64,000 nt of DNA, taken from Spirochaetota bacterium. Its GTDB lineage: Bacteria > Spirochaetota > UBA4802 > UBA5550. Every line of letters begins with the position of its first letter. Positions within the stretch are counted from its first letter, which is position 1. The notes below the pieces were generated by a model. The model searched no databases. It was given only the letters and a program-made list of their open reading frames with translations, and was not told the DNA's origin. Position numbers and translations under genes: made by a program. This document shows positions 18,062 to 28,137 of the stretch, in pieces. The stretch spans positions 672,001 to 736,000 of the forward strand of contig OY760686.1 of NCBI GenBank assembly GCA_963663865.1, written 5' to 3'.

Positions 18062-20926
18062 ATGCCGGTTTGGATAGTATACTTTGCTCTGTCGTTTCTG
18101 GCAATTGATGTTATATTTCTGGGGATGATATTCGCGTCGAGGGCGGCCGCTGTCAGAAAAAGCCGTATCATGCTTTTGCACAAAAAAGCTGTAGTTGAAG
18201 CTTCGGCTGTTCCGGGCGATGTCAGGGAAAGGATTTACAGGCTCAGGATTAAAACTGCCGAGCTGTTTGATATTTACAGAGACCTCGCGGCATCAGTTGA
18301 GATGCCGGAAGATGTGAAGAGTGCGTTTATTCGTATATTCGCGGAACGCCGGGTTGCAGCACACCTGGCCGGCAGGTTGAGGTCGTCATTTAAGCGCCGT
18401 AGAGCAGAGGCTGCATTGAAGCTGGGATTTTTGCCGCTTCCCGAGACGCACAGGGCTCTCGAAGAGGCGCTCGTGTCCGAGAGACATTACTATATCAAAG
18501 TTTATATCGTAAACTCGCTGGTAGATACCGATAATTACGCGGCTATTCCATATATCATCCAGACGCTGATCGGGGCTCCCCGGTGGTACAGAGAAAAGAT
18601 CTACGGAATCATGGAGCAGTTCGGCGGAAGGTTCCACGACTTTATGCTGCAGATGGGCTCGCTTGAGTCCAGGGAGCTGAGAATGCTGGTGCTGAATTTC
18701 GCGGCTTTCTTTTACTCTCCGAGAATAAAAGGTCTCCTTGAACAGTACTTGCAATCAGATGACAGAGAGACCGCGCTCGCCGCCGCGGAGGCGTGCAGAA
18801 GAATGTATCCCGAAATGCTCAATTCTGAATACTACCTTAAATCACGTTTTGCCGAGATAAGAAAAACGGCGATAGAATGCATATCGCTTTTCCCCTCGGC
18901 AGATGCCCTTGAGATTGTCCTGAATTCGATGCGATTCCCCGGGCTCTCTGAAACGGGAATATCGGCGGTGCATCGCATGATAATGAAGCGGCATGAGCTT
19001 TTACCCCTTGTTATGTCGCGATTTATCGGGGAATCCAACCCGGTTTTGAAAAACGCCCTCGCCCGGGTCCTGTCAATTAGAATTGACTACCTTTTTATAA
19101 AGCTGCGTCATGACAGCTCAGACAGCTACCGCGCCTTTATTAAGGAAATCATTCTAAGGGGAGAAGCCCGGAACGTGATATCCTTTCTAAATATAAACAG
19201 GGATAGCGGACTTGAAGGGGTAATTCTCGGTATTATGCTTGAGCTGAAGGATGAAGGGTTACCGGGAATAAACGAGTATCAGGCGTATCTTGACGGCCGA
19301 ATTCTGGAAAGGCTTGGCTTCAGCAAAGCTAAGCCTGAGGCTTCAGGGCCGCGGAAAGAGCATGTGAGAAGGGGGATTTTATACGGTCTTCTGGGCGCTG
19401 CTATTTTGATTTTTCCTCTGATATTTTATTACAGCAGTATTCACGGCGAGGGGATAACAGGCGTAAGGGATATCGCGGTAATGTCTATTCGGGGCTTCAA
19501 CCGTTTCTTTGCCTTTTACGCCGGCGCTCTTAACGGGATTTATCTTTTACTGCTTCTGTTTTCCTTTCATGCCTCATCCCGTCAGCTCAGACAATGGAAG
19601 GCCAGGGATAAAAGGCTGCTGTTCAAGAAGGGGATGCTTCCATCAATATCTGTTATCGCTCCAGCGTTTAACGAAGAGGCAACGATCATAGAGAGTGTCA
19701 GCTCGCTGATTAATCTCAGCTATCCTGACTACGAGGTAATTGTCGTAAATGACGGATCATCAGACGGAACTCTGAGGAGGCTTATCGACTGGTTCGGTTT
19801 GAAAAGAACAGCAACAGGGTTTGCCGCGGGGCTCGAAACCGGAACTGTCAGGGGTGTCTACGGCAGCCCGAGTATCCGGAATCTTATTGTGATAGACAAG
19901 GTCAATGGGGGGAAGGCTGATTCTCTTAATGCCGGCATAAACTTCTCGTCGAAGGAATATATCTGCGGGATAGACGCCGATTCTCTGCTTCAGAGCGATT
20001 CGCTTTTGAAGCTCACTTCTCCTTTTCTCGATTCAGACACGGAGACGCTGGCTGCGGGAGGCAATATATTGCCGGTAAACGGGTGTTCGGTAGACAGGGG
20101 GCACCTTGACAGGGTTGATATCCCCCGGAAAATACTTCCCGCGCTGCAGACAATTGAGTATGCCAGGTCATTTACTGCGGGAAGGGCCGGATGGGCCTAC
20201 CTGAACAGCCTGCTGATTATAAGCGGGGCCTTCGGCCTGTTTAAAAAGCAGCAGGTTCTTGACATGGGCGGATATCTCACGGGAAGAGAAAAGTACGGTA
20301 AGGACACGGTGGGCGAGGATATGGAGCTTGTTGTCCGCATAATCAGGCACTCCTCGGAATTCGGTAGCCCCGGGAGGGTAAGCTATGTCTTTAACGCGAA
20401 TTGCTGGACAGAGGTGCCTGAAGACATCGCTGTCCTGAGGAGGCAGAGAAACCGCTGGCAGAGGGGGCTGCTGGACACCGTTACTTTTCATGTCAGGATG
20501 GCGTTTAATCCCCGGTATGGCGCCGCCGGGCTCATCGCGTTTCCATACTTTATACTCTTTGAAATAGCAGGACCGTGGATTGAGGTTCAGGGCCTTCTGA
20601 TGTTCTTCCTGGGGCTCTTGCTCGGAATGCTCGACGGTGGAATTTTGCTGATGCTTTTTACTGCTGCTGTTCTGATGGGGCTTTCAGTGTCAATCGTATC
20701 ACTTTATATATTGGAGAGGGGCGGCAGGCTTTTCCCTCTGTCTGGAATAGTCAAGCTTGCTGCCCTGGCCTTCGCGGAAAACTTTGGCATAAGACAGCTT
20801 TTCAGCGTTTCGCGCCTTGAGGGTTACATCCATGCCCTGAGGCAAAAACAGGGCTGGGGCGGAATGGTCAGAAAGGGCTTCAGGGGAGATAATATCCGAA
20901 AAGGGGCCTCCGGCGGTCCTGCCTAA
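18062..20926 (+). CDS. HEAT-repeat + processive GT2 glycosyltransferase (PgaC/IcaA-like)
   Basis: ISVIAPAFNEE, VNDGSSD, NGGKADSLN, DAD, GEDME, QRNRW motifs; N-terminal HEAT-like helices; TMs. Confidence 0.92.
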   Translation: MPVWIVYFALSFLAIDVIFLGMIFASRAAAVRKSRIMLLHKKAVVEASAVPGDVRERIYRLRIKTAELFDIYRDLAASVEMPEDVKSAFIRIFAERRVAAHLAGRLRSSFKRRRAEAALKLGFLPLPETHRALEEALVSERHYYIKVYIVNSLVDTDNYAAIPYIIQTLIGAPRWYREKIYGIMEQFGGRFHDFMLQMGSLESRELRMLVLNFAAFFYSPRIKGLLEQYLQSDDRETALAAAEACRRMYPEMLNSEYYLKSRFAEIRKTAIECISLFPSADALEIVLNSMRFPGLSETGISAVHRMIMKRHELLPLVMSRFIGESNPVLKNALARVLSIRIDYLFIKLRHDSSDSYRAFIKEIILRGEARNVISFLNINRDSGLEGVILGIMLELKDEGLPGINEYQAYLDGRILERLGFSKAKPEASGPRKEHVRRGILYGLLGAAILIFPLIFYYSSIHGEGITGVRDIAVMSIRGFNRFFAFYAGALNGIYLLLLLFSFHASSRQLRQWKARDKRLLFKKGMLPSISVIAPAFNEEATIIESVSSLINLSYPDYEVIVVNDGSSDGTLRRLIDWFGLKRTATGFAAGLETGTVRGVYGSPSIRNLIVIDKVNGGKADSLNAGINFSSKEYICGIDADSLLQSDSLLKLTSPFLDSDTETLAAGGNILPVNGCSVDRGHLDRVDIPRKILPALQTIEYARSFTAGRAGWAYLNSLLIISGAFGLFKKQQVLDMGGYLTGREKYGKDTVGEDMELVVRIIRHSSEFGSPGRVSYVFNANCWTEVPEDIAVLRRQRNRWQRGLLDTVTFHVRMAFNPRYGAAGLIAFPYFILFEIAGPWIEVQGLLMFFLGLLLGMLDGGILLMLFTAAVLMGLSVSIVSLYILERGGRLFPLSGIVKLAALAFAENFGIRQLFSVSRLEGYIHALRQKQGWGGMVRKGFRGDNIRKGASGGPA

Positions 20927-22179
20927 GCTCCCTTTTCACTGCCTGTATCTGAGGGCTGATGGCTCTCGTGGAATCTCCTGAAATCCATAGGCGAGATCTT
21001 CATGAATTTTGAAAAAAGCCTGTAGAATGTGCTGGTGTTTTCAAAACCGCATTCATAGGCGATGTGAATAATCGTCTTGTCTGAGTTGACAATTTCTGAC
21101 GCTGCTTTCTCTATTCTGAGTCTGTTTATGTAGTCCATCAGCTTTTCGCCGGTCAGCAGCTTGAAGTACCTTCCAAGATTGTCGGCGTTTATCTGTACCA
21201 GCTCCGCCAGGCCCTCGCGGGAGATTTCACGGTCATAGTTATTGTGGATGTAGCTGATTGCGTCTCGTATCTTCTTCTCGGTTGAGCCGGACATCTTCCA
21301 GGACCCGTCAATCGTGCTGTTTTGAAGGGCTGCGGGTGATCTCATGAAACCGGGTTGAAGGGGCTTGGCGCGGAACCTAGAGTAGGTGTTTCTGTAATTG
21401 GCATTAATTCTCATTATTACGAAGGGGATGTAGATTATTAGAGCAAGACAGACAAATATTGAGATGCGGCTGAGTGTCAGCACAGTCTGACGGTGTTTCC
21501 TGGTGTTCGCGTTGGAGAGTGTAAGAATGAGCTCCCCGAGAGGTCTGTCGTTAAACCTGAACTGCTTCCTGACCGAAACAAGAGTCTCTTCAGGAAAGGT
21601 CCTTGTGCGTCTCGCGATAACATAGCCCTTGGCGTCCTTAATGGTTATTTCCGCTGCATCTTTGTCCCTGAAATAGAAATCGGTATTTGTTCTTATTGAG
21701 CTGATATTGTAGTTCCAGAGGTCGGCAAGATTAGACCTTAAAATGGAGTTTGAGAGCTTATCAATCTTGTTCAAAAGGTTGACGTCAATAATGCCAAGCT
21801 CTATCCACGCTAAAACACTGCTCTCAATGGCGAATGGTTCTCTTGAGTGATAGGCTACATGGCTGTTTTCACCGCATTCAAAGATTCCCCTGCCTTCCTG
21901 GTCTGTCACCTTCAGATAGCCTATTTCCCTTTCTGAACAGAAGGGGGCGAGCTTTCCGGGAAGGTCTACGTCGTCGCCCGCGATAATTGAAAATCCAGCT
22001 GCTGACCTTATAAGTTCATGATATCTTGACGCGCTCTCTTCGTGAAGGGAGTTGTTCCTGTTAGCGTAGTAAAATGTGGAAAAAATAAACACGCAGAGAA
22101 GAACTACTGCGAAGAAGAGTGAAGAAAACATGAATCTGTTATTTGTGATTACAAGCCTTATTCGAGATATCTTTGTCAT
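20923..22179 (-). CDS. Membrane-anchored AraC-family regulator with periplasmic sensor region
   Basis: Two TMs flank about 200 aa; C-terminal AraC HTH (ISREGLAE..LGRYFK..YINRLRIEKA..IAYECGFEN). Confidence 0.9.
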   Translation of the reverse strand: MTKISRIRLVITNNRFMFSSLFFAVVLLCVFIFSTFYYANRNNSLHEESASRYHELIRSAAGFSIIAGDDVDLPGKLAPFCSEREIGYLKVTDQEGRGIFECGENSHVAYHSREPFAIESSVLAWIELGIIDVNLLNKIDKLSNSILRSNLADLWNYNISSIRTNTDFYFRDKDAAEITIKDAKGYVIARRTRTFPEETLVSVRKQFRFNDRPLGELILTLSNANTRKHRQTVLTLSRISIFVCLALIIYIPFVIMRINANYRNTYSRFRAKPLQPGFMRSPAALQNSTIDGSWKMSGSTEKKIRDAISYIHNNYDREISREGLAELVQINADNLGRYFKLLTGEKLMDYINRLRIEKAASEIVNSDKTIIHIAYECGFENTSTFYRLFSKFMKISPMDFRRFHESHQPSDTGSEKGA

Positions 22180-22196
22180 GTATATCGATGATGCCT

Positions 22197-23372
22197 TTAT
22201 TTAAGATTTACTCTTTTAATTACGGCTGTATACTCGAAGTCATAGGCCTCTATATCCGGATTGTAGGCCTTTGAAAGCTTTTTGAAGTCGGCCTTTTCCC
22301 AACCACGGAATTCATTCAACTCCTCAACAGCCTTGATGTTGCTGAGATCGGCGGGAAGAAGAGAAGTTCTGAAGCGGGTTGTCTGTGAATTGAAGTCAAA
22401 GCCTTTGAGGTAATCGTGAAGCAGAACGAGAGAGAGGGCTCCATCGATGAAGTGGCCGCCCATGCTTACCTCCATTTTCTTTTCGGAAATGGATCTGAGA
22501 GCTGATCCGTTCCAGTCAACTCCTCCGAAGAGCATATCTTTACCCGGATGAATACCCGTCTCTTCGGCTGCTACAATTGAAGCTATAGCCAGTGAGTCCG
22601 CCGCGCACCAGACTATATCTGTTTCGGGATAACGGCTGTTTTTAATATAGAAGAACTTGTCTTTGATGTCATTGGTCTGGTAAAAGCTGGAGAATATCTG
22701 CAGTAGCTTTGTGTTTTTCTCCTCCTGAACCGCTCTCTTGAGCCCTTTAAGCCTCTGGACAGAGGCGTCGTCAGTCGGAGTTCCCGCGAATGCGACGATG
22801 TTGGCGGGTGTAGATCTGAATTTCATTCTGTGGCGGATTATCAGGCTCCTGGCGAGGTGGTAACCGCCGGCTTCATCATCGGGAAGAATTTCGCCAATCC
22901 AGAACCGGTACTTGCCGCGCGGTGTGCCGAGTTCATTACGAAGAGAATTAGCGTTAAGAATAATGAAGGGCACCCCCCTTTTCTCAAGATGCTTAATGAC
23001 ATCAAGCGTATGACGGAAGGCGCTGATGAGGATGAAAGCGTCAATCTTTTCGTTTGCTATCTCATCGTCAAGTTTCTGTCTGAGCTGCCTGGAGTCGAGA
23101 GGAATCAGACTCGCCTTGAAGTCAATATCAAGGTCTCGGGCTGCAAGGTGCATGAGGCTGTACAGCTTCCTGTGGAAGGGAAGCGCGGCGAATGTCTTCT
23201 CAAGCATTGCCTGCTCGTTGCCGTCAGTGCAAACGGGGACTGTTAGAAGCATTCTGATCTTCAGCAAAGCACTCTGACGGACAGGTTGATCGGTTGAGTG
23301 AGGGCTGACCGAAATAGAGCTGAGAACGGCAACTGCAAAGAGAACGGTTGATATCTTCGCGATTAACTTCAA
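22197..23372 (-). CDS. Periplasmic binding protein type 1 (sugar-binding-like)
   Basis: Signal peptide; WIGEILPDDEAGGY, RLKGL, WCAADSLA, GGVDW, SMGGHF motifs; TTG start with GGAG RBS. Confidence 0.85.
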   Translation of the reverse strand: MKLIAKISTVLFAVAVLSSISVSPHSTDQPVRQSALLKIRMLLTVPVCTDGNEQAMLEKTFAALPFHRKLYSLMHLAARDLDIDFKASLIPLDSRQLRQKLDDEIANEKIDAFILISAFRHTLDVIKHLEKRGVPFIILNANSLRNELGTPRGKYRFWIGEILPDDEAGGYHLARSLIIRHRMKFRSTPANIVAFAGTPTDDASVQRLKGLKRAVQEEKNTKLLQIFSSFYQTNDIKDKFFYIKNSRYPETDIVWCAADSLAIASIVAAEETGIHPGKDMLFGGVDWNGSALRSISEKKMEVSMGGHFIDGALSLVLLHDYLKGFDFNSQTTRFRTSLLPADLSNIKAVEELNEFRGWEKADFKKLSKAYNPDIEAYDFEYTAVIKRVNLK

Positions 23373-23549
23373 TTCAGGGCTCCAGAAGTTTATTGTGCTT
23401 CGCTCGGACTGCAGACTGCTGAATCGCCCAGGTACGGCGCCGAAGGCTTAAATCGGGCATATCCAACCGGGCAATTTGTAGCATCCGGTTTAAAATATAG
23501 CAATGCTTTTTTACTTCAAATGAGTTCCCGGTATTCTGAAATATTGATA

Positions 23550-24730
23550 TCAGGATTTGGGCATGTTGTCCCGACAGCTATGTGGATTATTTCGATAAAA
23601 TGAAGGTGTATTTTTCATTATTTTCATGAAGGTTCTGTAGAAGGAGGCCGTATTTTCGAAGCCTACGGCGAGAGCTATGTTCAGGACGTTTGCGTCGCTG
23701 GTTTGGAGCATCGAAACGGCTTCTTCAATGCGGAGCGTATTAATATACTCGTTTATTCGTTTGCCGGTATATATCTTGAAATATCTTCCGAAACTGTCCG
23801 GATTCATTCCAAGCATGGATGCGAGGCCTTCTCTGGAAATGTTGCGTCTGAAGTTGTTGTCGATGTACTCCTTGCCGCGAATAATCCTGCTTTCCATATC
23901 AGCGGTCATCTTAATACCGTTGATGGAGCCGTCATGGGAGTTCCCGGCTCTTCTAAAGCTCATCACCCCGCCAAGTGCGATTGAAAACCAGAGAAGCAAC
24001 GCCAGATTGATGAGTGCAATAACAGTAACCTTAAATGAAAATGGCAGGGATATTGCCGGTTTAGCGGATTCATCAATTATTCCTACCATTACTTCACCAA
24101 TTTCCTTCCCCATAAAAAATAAAGCGTTTTTGGACAAAACTGCGCTGCCCTTATTGTTCTCTCTCTCAAGGTTAACGATGAACAGTCCTGTTGAATCAAT
24201 AATCTTTATAAAGGCAATTTCAGGATCGTTGAAAAAAGATCCGGTGTTTTCAGCTATAGCGTCAATGTTATAGTCCCACAGATATTTGGTGTTGGATTTT
24301 GCAATGAGATCTGAGACCATTTCAGCCTTTTTTTCCGCTGAATCGTTAACGATAACAACTTTTATGGTTCCAAGCCGGCGGTTGTTTTTTCGATTCTTCT
24401 TGTGATAGTAAAATACCTGCATGCTTTCTCAATGCCAGTGTTACCCTCGCAAACGGTTTTTCCATTTCTGTCGGCAACAGCGTAGTGTGAGATTCCTGCC
24501 CGTTTCAAAGCTGATAAGGTGTCCCCCGTAATATTTGAGCATGATTCTTCGAGATTCATGTCAAATGATGAGATGATACTGTTCAACAGGGAATCCAGCT
24601 CTGTCATGTATTTCTTAGTGAGGGAACTGTAGTGATCTGTTATGAAAAGGGCGGAATATGTGATGAATCCAACCAGAAGAATTCCCGGCAGAACAAGCTT
24701 TATACTGTTGCTTTTAATAACTTTAATCAT
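23550..24730 (-). pseudogene. Second membrane-anchored AraC regulator, split by a one-base frameshift
   Basis: ORFs 24362-24730 and 23550-24422 together align with 20923-22179; one extra A in the A6 run (24385-24390) joins RRIEK to NNRRLGTIK. Confidence 0.75.
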
Positions 24731-25899
24731 CTGGACTCGAGTCTTCCTGATATCTTCTTTGCAAAGTCATATGAGTCTGACATGTAGTTTTCAAGCCTGT
24801 AGCTGTTAAAGTCAACTTTTTCCAGCAATTTGTTAAGGTTTAAAGATGTGTTGCCATCGTATTTTAATATCAGAGACTGTTCTTCAAAATACCTGCGGGT
24901 ATTATTCCTGTTATTTAGATAATCACTCATCATTACAACTCCCAATGCGCCGTTAATGATATGTCCTCCAAATGTTGCGAGTATCTTTCCCTTGTCTACA
25001 AGTGCCGTACCCGCCGATGTGTAATCAATGCCTGTTATTAAAACGTCAACTCCGGGAATAATTCCGTTTTCTTCAAGACCCTCTACAAGTCCAGCGGCTA
25101 TTGAATCGCTTTCGCACCAGAACCCTCTGGTGTCGGGATATCTGTTGATAATATACCGGACCTTATTCCGGCTTATTGATGAGTTATACGAGAGAGCCTT
25201 CCCGTTTTTACGCCAGGTTGTTGTGAAGTACTGGTTCAGGACGATGTTGGGGTAATTGGACAGTGCTCTTTTAAGTCCTGAAAGACGTCTTTTGGTGACA
25301 ATAAACCCGGGATTGCCGCAAAGAGCTGTGAAGGGTATTATGTCTTTTCGTCCGTGTTTGCTGATAAGCCGTTCAAAAAGATATATTCCGGATTGATATC
25401 CAATTTCTTCATCATCGTGGGAGATGTGGCCAATGTATTGTCTGTAATTCTTCCCGGGTTTTCCAGCTCTATCTGAGATATTAATGATGTTATTTATAAA
25501 AATCACAGGCTTTCCGTGGTATTCACAGATTGGCAGGATATTATCGAATAAAAAACCGCTTCCCGGTATAATTATGCCATTTACTTCATCCCTTGAAATA
25601 AAATTTTCCAGTGCGCGCTTATCCTGGGCATCAATCATGAAAGCCGAAATAGTATACTGAAGCAGTTCAATTCCCAGGTCTGAGCATGCTTTTTTTGCAA
25701 TTATTTCTGTTTCATTGAAGAACTGGGAACCGTTCTGATCGCTTGTTATTATGTCCGGTTTGATAAAAGCGACAGAAAATGGCCGGACATTATCTGTGAA
25801 AAAAAAGGCAGTGTTGAAATACAAAAAATAGAGGGCAGTAATCGCGCAGAGAATCGTGGCTGCGGCAAGTATTTCTATAGCTCGTTTCTTTTTTAGCAT
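24727..25899 (-). CDS. Periplasmic binding protein type 1, paralogue of 22197-23372
   Basis: YIGHISHDDEEIGY, RRLSGL, WCESDSIA, GIDY, TFGGH; N-terminal TM; ATGA-coupled to the downstream AraC gene. Confidence 0.85.
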   Translation of the reverse strand: MLKKKRAIEILAAATILCAITALYFLYFNTAFFFTDNVRPFSVAFIKPDIITSDQNGSQFFNETEIIAKKACSDLGIELLQYTISAFMIDAQDKRALENFISRDEVNGIIIPGSGFLFDNILPICEYHGKPVIFINNIINISDRAGKPGKNYRQYIGHISHDDEEIGYQSGIYLFERLISKHGRKDIIPFTALCGNPGFIVTKRRLSGLKRALSNYPNIVLNQYFTTTWRKNGKALSYNSSISRNKVRYIINRYPDTRGFWCESDSIAAGLVEGLEENGIIPGVDVLITGIDYTSAGTALVDKGKILATFGGHIINGALGVVMMSDYLNNRNNTRRYFEEQSLILKYDGNTSLNLNKLLEKVDFNSYRLENYMSDSYDFAKKISGRLESR

Positions 25900-26184
25900 G
25901 GCAAATAAATATTAAGAGTTTGATTTGTTTCAATATTTGTAAAACAGAGATACGACAAAGTCAACTTTTTAAAGCATATATATCCGCCACATAATACCAC
26001 AATCTCTGATCTCAGAAAATGTGATGTTTCAAAATCAGAAATCTCAGGGCGCTGGACGATTATAACCTCAATACCCTGCTATGTATAATAAGCCTTTAAT
26101 AACGATCATGTTTTTCAGGGATAATTGGGCGTAAATGCTCGGATCGTTTCTAATGGTAAAATACATTTTCAGGAGGGTAGCAAA

Positions 26185-28056
26185 ATGTTAATATCTCATT
26201 GCGAGACAGAGACGCGTTATGAGAAGCTCAGAGCCGCCGTTGCGGGCTTGACAACACTTGCGGCATTCGCTGTTCCATTCGCCGGGTGCGGGGACGATTC
26301 TTCGGAAGACAGGGATGCTGGAAAGCAGTACAATATCCTTTGGATTGACGGGGACGATTTAAGCGTAAATCTTGCGGCGTACGGTGATGCAAGTGTCAGC
26401 ACTCCTAACATTGACAGGCTTGCAGCAGAAGGCATTGTCTACGACAACTATTTCGTCACAAATGCGCAGTGTTCGCCGGTCAGGTCAAGCCTTCACACAG
26501 GAATGTACCCTACTACAATTGGGACGCATCAGATGCGGAATAACACATTCAGGACTGATCCCTCTGACTCCTCAACGACTGTTGCGCTTGAGCCTGTATT
26601 GCCAGATGGCGTTAAGGTCTTCACCGAGTATATGAGACAGGCAGGATACTACTGCGCCATTCAGAACAAGCTTGATTATCAGTACGGTAACGCGCTTTCC
26701 GCATGGGACATAGCGGCTTCGTCATCGGCTACACTTCCGGTGGGTAATGATTCGGCGGAGCCGATAACAGATCAGTTTAATGGTCTGTGGAACAGAAGGG
26801 CGAGCGGGCAGCCGTTCTTTGCTCACATGACCTTTGACCATACGCATGAACGGTTTATCTGGGATAAATCATGTCCCCAGGACAATCAGTTTTATTTTCT
26901 TAGTCAGTTTACAGCTTCATTTGAGGCGGGTGAAATACCGTCCGACGTTGACCTGGAGAAGATGCTGGTCCCATCGTATTTTCCGCAAGACAACGATATA
27001 GTTAAAGCGGATATCGCCAGATATTATCATCAGCTGATGGTTGTTGACTCCGAAATTGGGCAGGTTCTCGATCAGCTTGAAGCGGAAGGCGACCTTGACA
27101 ATACCATAATCATCTTCTTCGGGGACAATGGGCGGGCCTTGCCGAGAGAGAAGAGAACCCAGTGGGATTCAGGACTCAGGGTACCGCTTATTGTGAGATG
27201 GCCTGACGGAAGGGACGCGGGAACACATAAGAGTGAGCTGGTCAGCGCGGTTGATCTTGCTCCAACAACACTTAACCTCGCTAATATTGAGGTTCCGGAA
27301 CATATTCAGGGGAAGGTTTTTCTGGGTAAGAACAGGGACAAGGAAAGGGAGTATGTCTATGGTCACAGGGACAGGACAGATGATCTCTATGATAAAATCA
27401 GGTCTGTGAGAGATGAGAGGTTTCATTACATCAGAAACTATTATCCTGAAATATCAAATGGAATTTATCAGCCGTTTCTTGCTGTTGGGGCTCTATACCG
27501 GGAGTGGGCCAGACTCTACGAAGAAGAACCTGAAACTTTGAGCGCTGAGGAGAAGTTCTATTTTGATCCAAAACCCGAGGAAGAGCTTTATGACACGTGG
27601 AATGATCCATATGAGCTGAACAACCTTGCTGATAATCAGGAGTATTCTGAGGATAAGGCCAGACTGATATCAGCACTTGATAAATGGATTGAAGAAACCG
27701 ATATCTGGTCAGATCTTTCGGGCAATAAGACCATGCTTGAGGAAGAGACCGATATGGGAAAAGCCATGTGGCCCGGATTTGTTCAGCCGATAGTAGGCAC
27801 GCCGATATTTTCTAAAGGAAGTCAGACAGTCAGCGCTCCATTCAGCCTTACGTTTGACTGCATGACTGCCGGGGCGTCAATTGTCTATACGGTCGTTGAT
27901 TCTACAGTGCCGGCCGACGCGGCAAGCCATCAGTGGAAGCTGTACAGCGGGCCAATTGAAATAACAGAGAACTGCACTGTTATGGCTCAGGCAATGAGGC
28001 CCGGCTATAAGTCGAGCGATGTGCAGAGCGCTTCATACACGTTCAGCGTGAAATGA
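26185..28056 (+). CDS. Cys-type (formylglycine) sulfatase, probable lipoprotein, with C-terminal Fn3-associated/chitobiase-like domain
   Basis: DD metal site, TPNIDRLA, CSPVR (CxPxR) + LHTG, GDNG, EELYD..DPYE; lipobox FAGC; AGGAGG RBS. Confidence 0.93.
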   Translation: MLISHCETETRYEKLRAAVAGLTTLAAFAVPFAGCGDDSSEDRDAGKQYNILWIDGDDLSVNLAAYGDASVSTPNIDRLAAEGIVYDNYFVTNAQCSPVRSSLHTGMYPTTIGTHQMRNNTFRTDPSDSSTTVALEPVLPDGVKVFTEYMRQAGYYCAIQNKLDYQYGNALSAWDIAASSSATLPVGNDSAEPITDQFNGLWNRRASGQPFFAHMTFDHTHERFIWDKSCPQDNQFYFLSQFTASFEAGEIPSDVDLEKMLVPSYFPQDNDIVKADIARYYHQLMVVDSEIGQVLDQLEAEGDLDNTIIIFFGDNGRALPREKRTQWDSGLRVPLIVRWPDGRDAGTHKSELVSAVDLAPTTLNLANIEVPEHIQGKVFLGKNRDKEREYVYGHRDRTDDLYDKIRSVRDERFHYIRNYYPEISNGIYQPFLAVGALYREWARLYEEEPETLSAEEKFYFDPKPEEELYDTWNDPYELNNLADNQEYSEDKARLISALDKWIEETDIWSDLSGNKTMLEEETDMGKAMWPGFVQPIVGTPIFSKGSQTVSAPFSLTFDCMTAGASIVYTVVDSTVPADAASHQWKLYSGPIEITENCTVMAQAMRPGYKSSDVQSASYTFSVK

Positions 28057-28137
28057 AAAGGCTCCCGATGATCTGATGCTTATGTAACAATTTGACAGGG
28101 AAGTCCGGGCCGTGTGGGTTCCGGGTTTCCCTGAATA

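Noticed and set aside
23677-24273. 198-aa plus-strand ORF
   Set aside because: Antisense to the AraC gene; no independent evidence.
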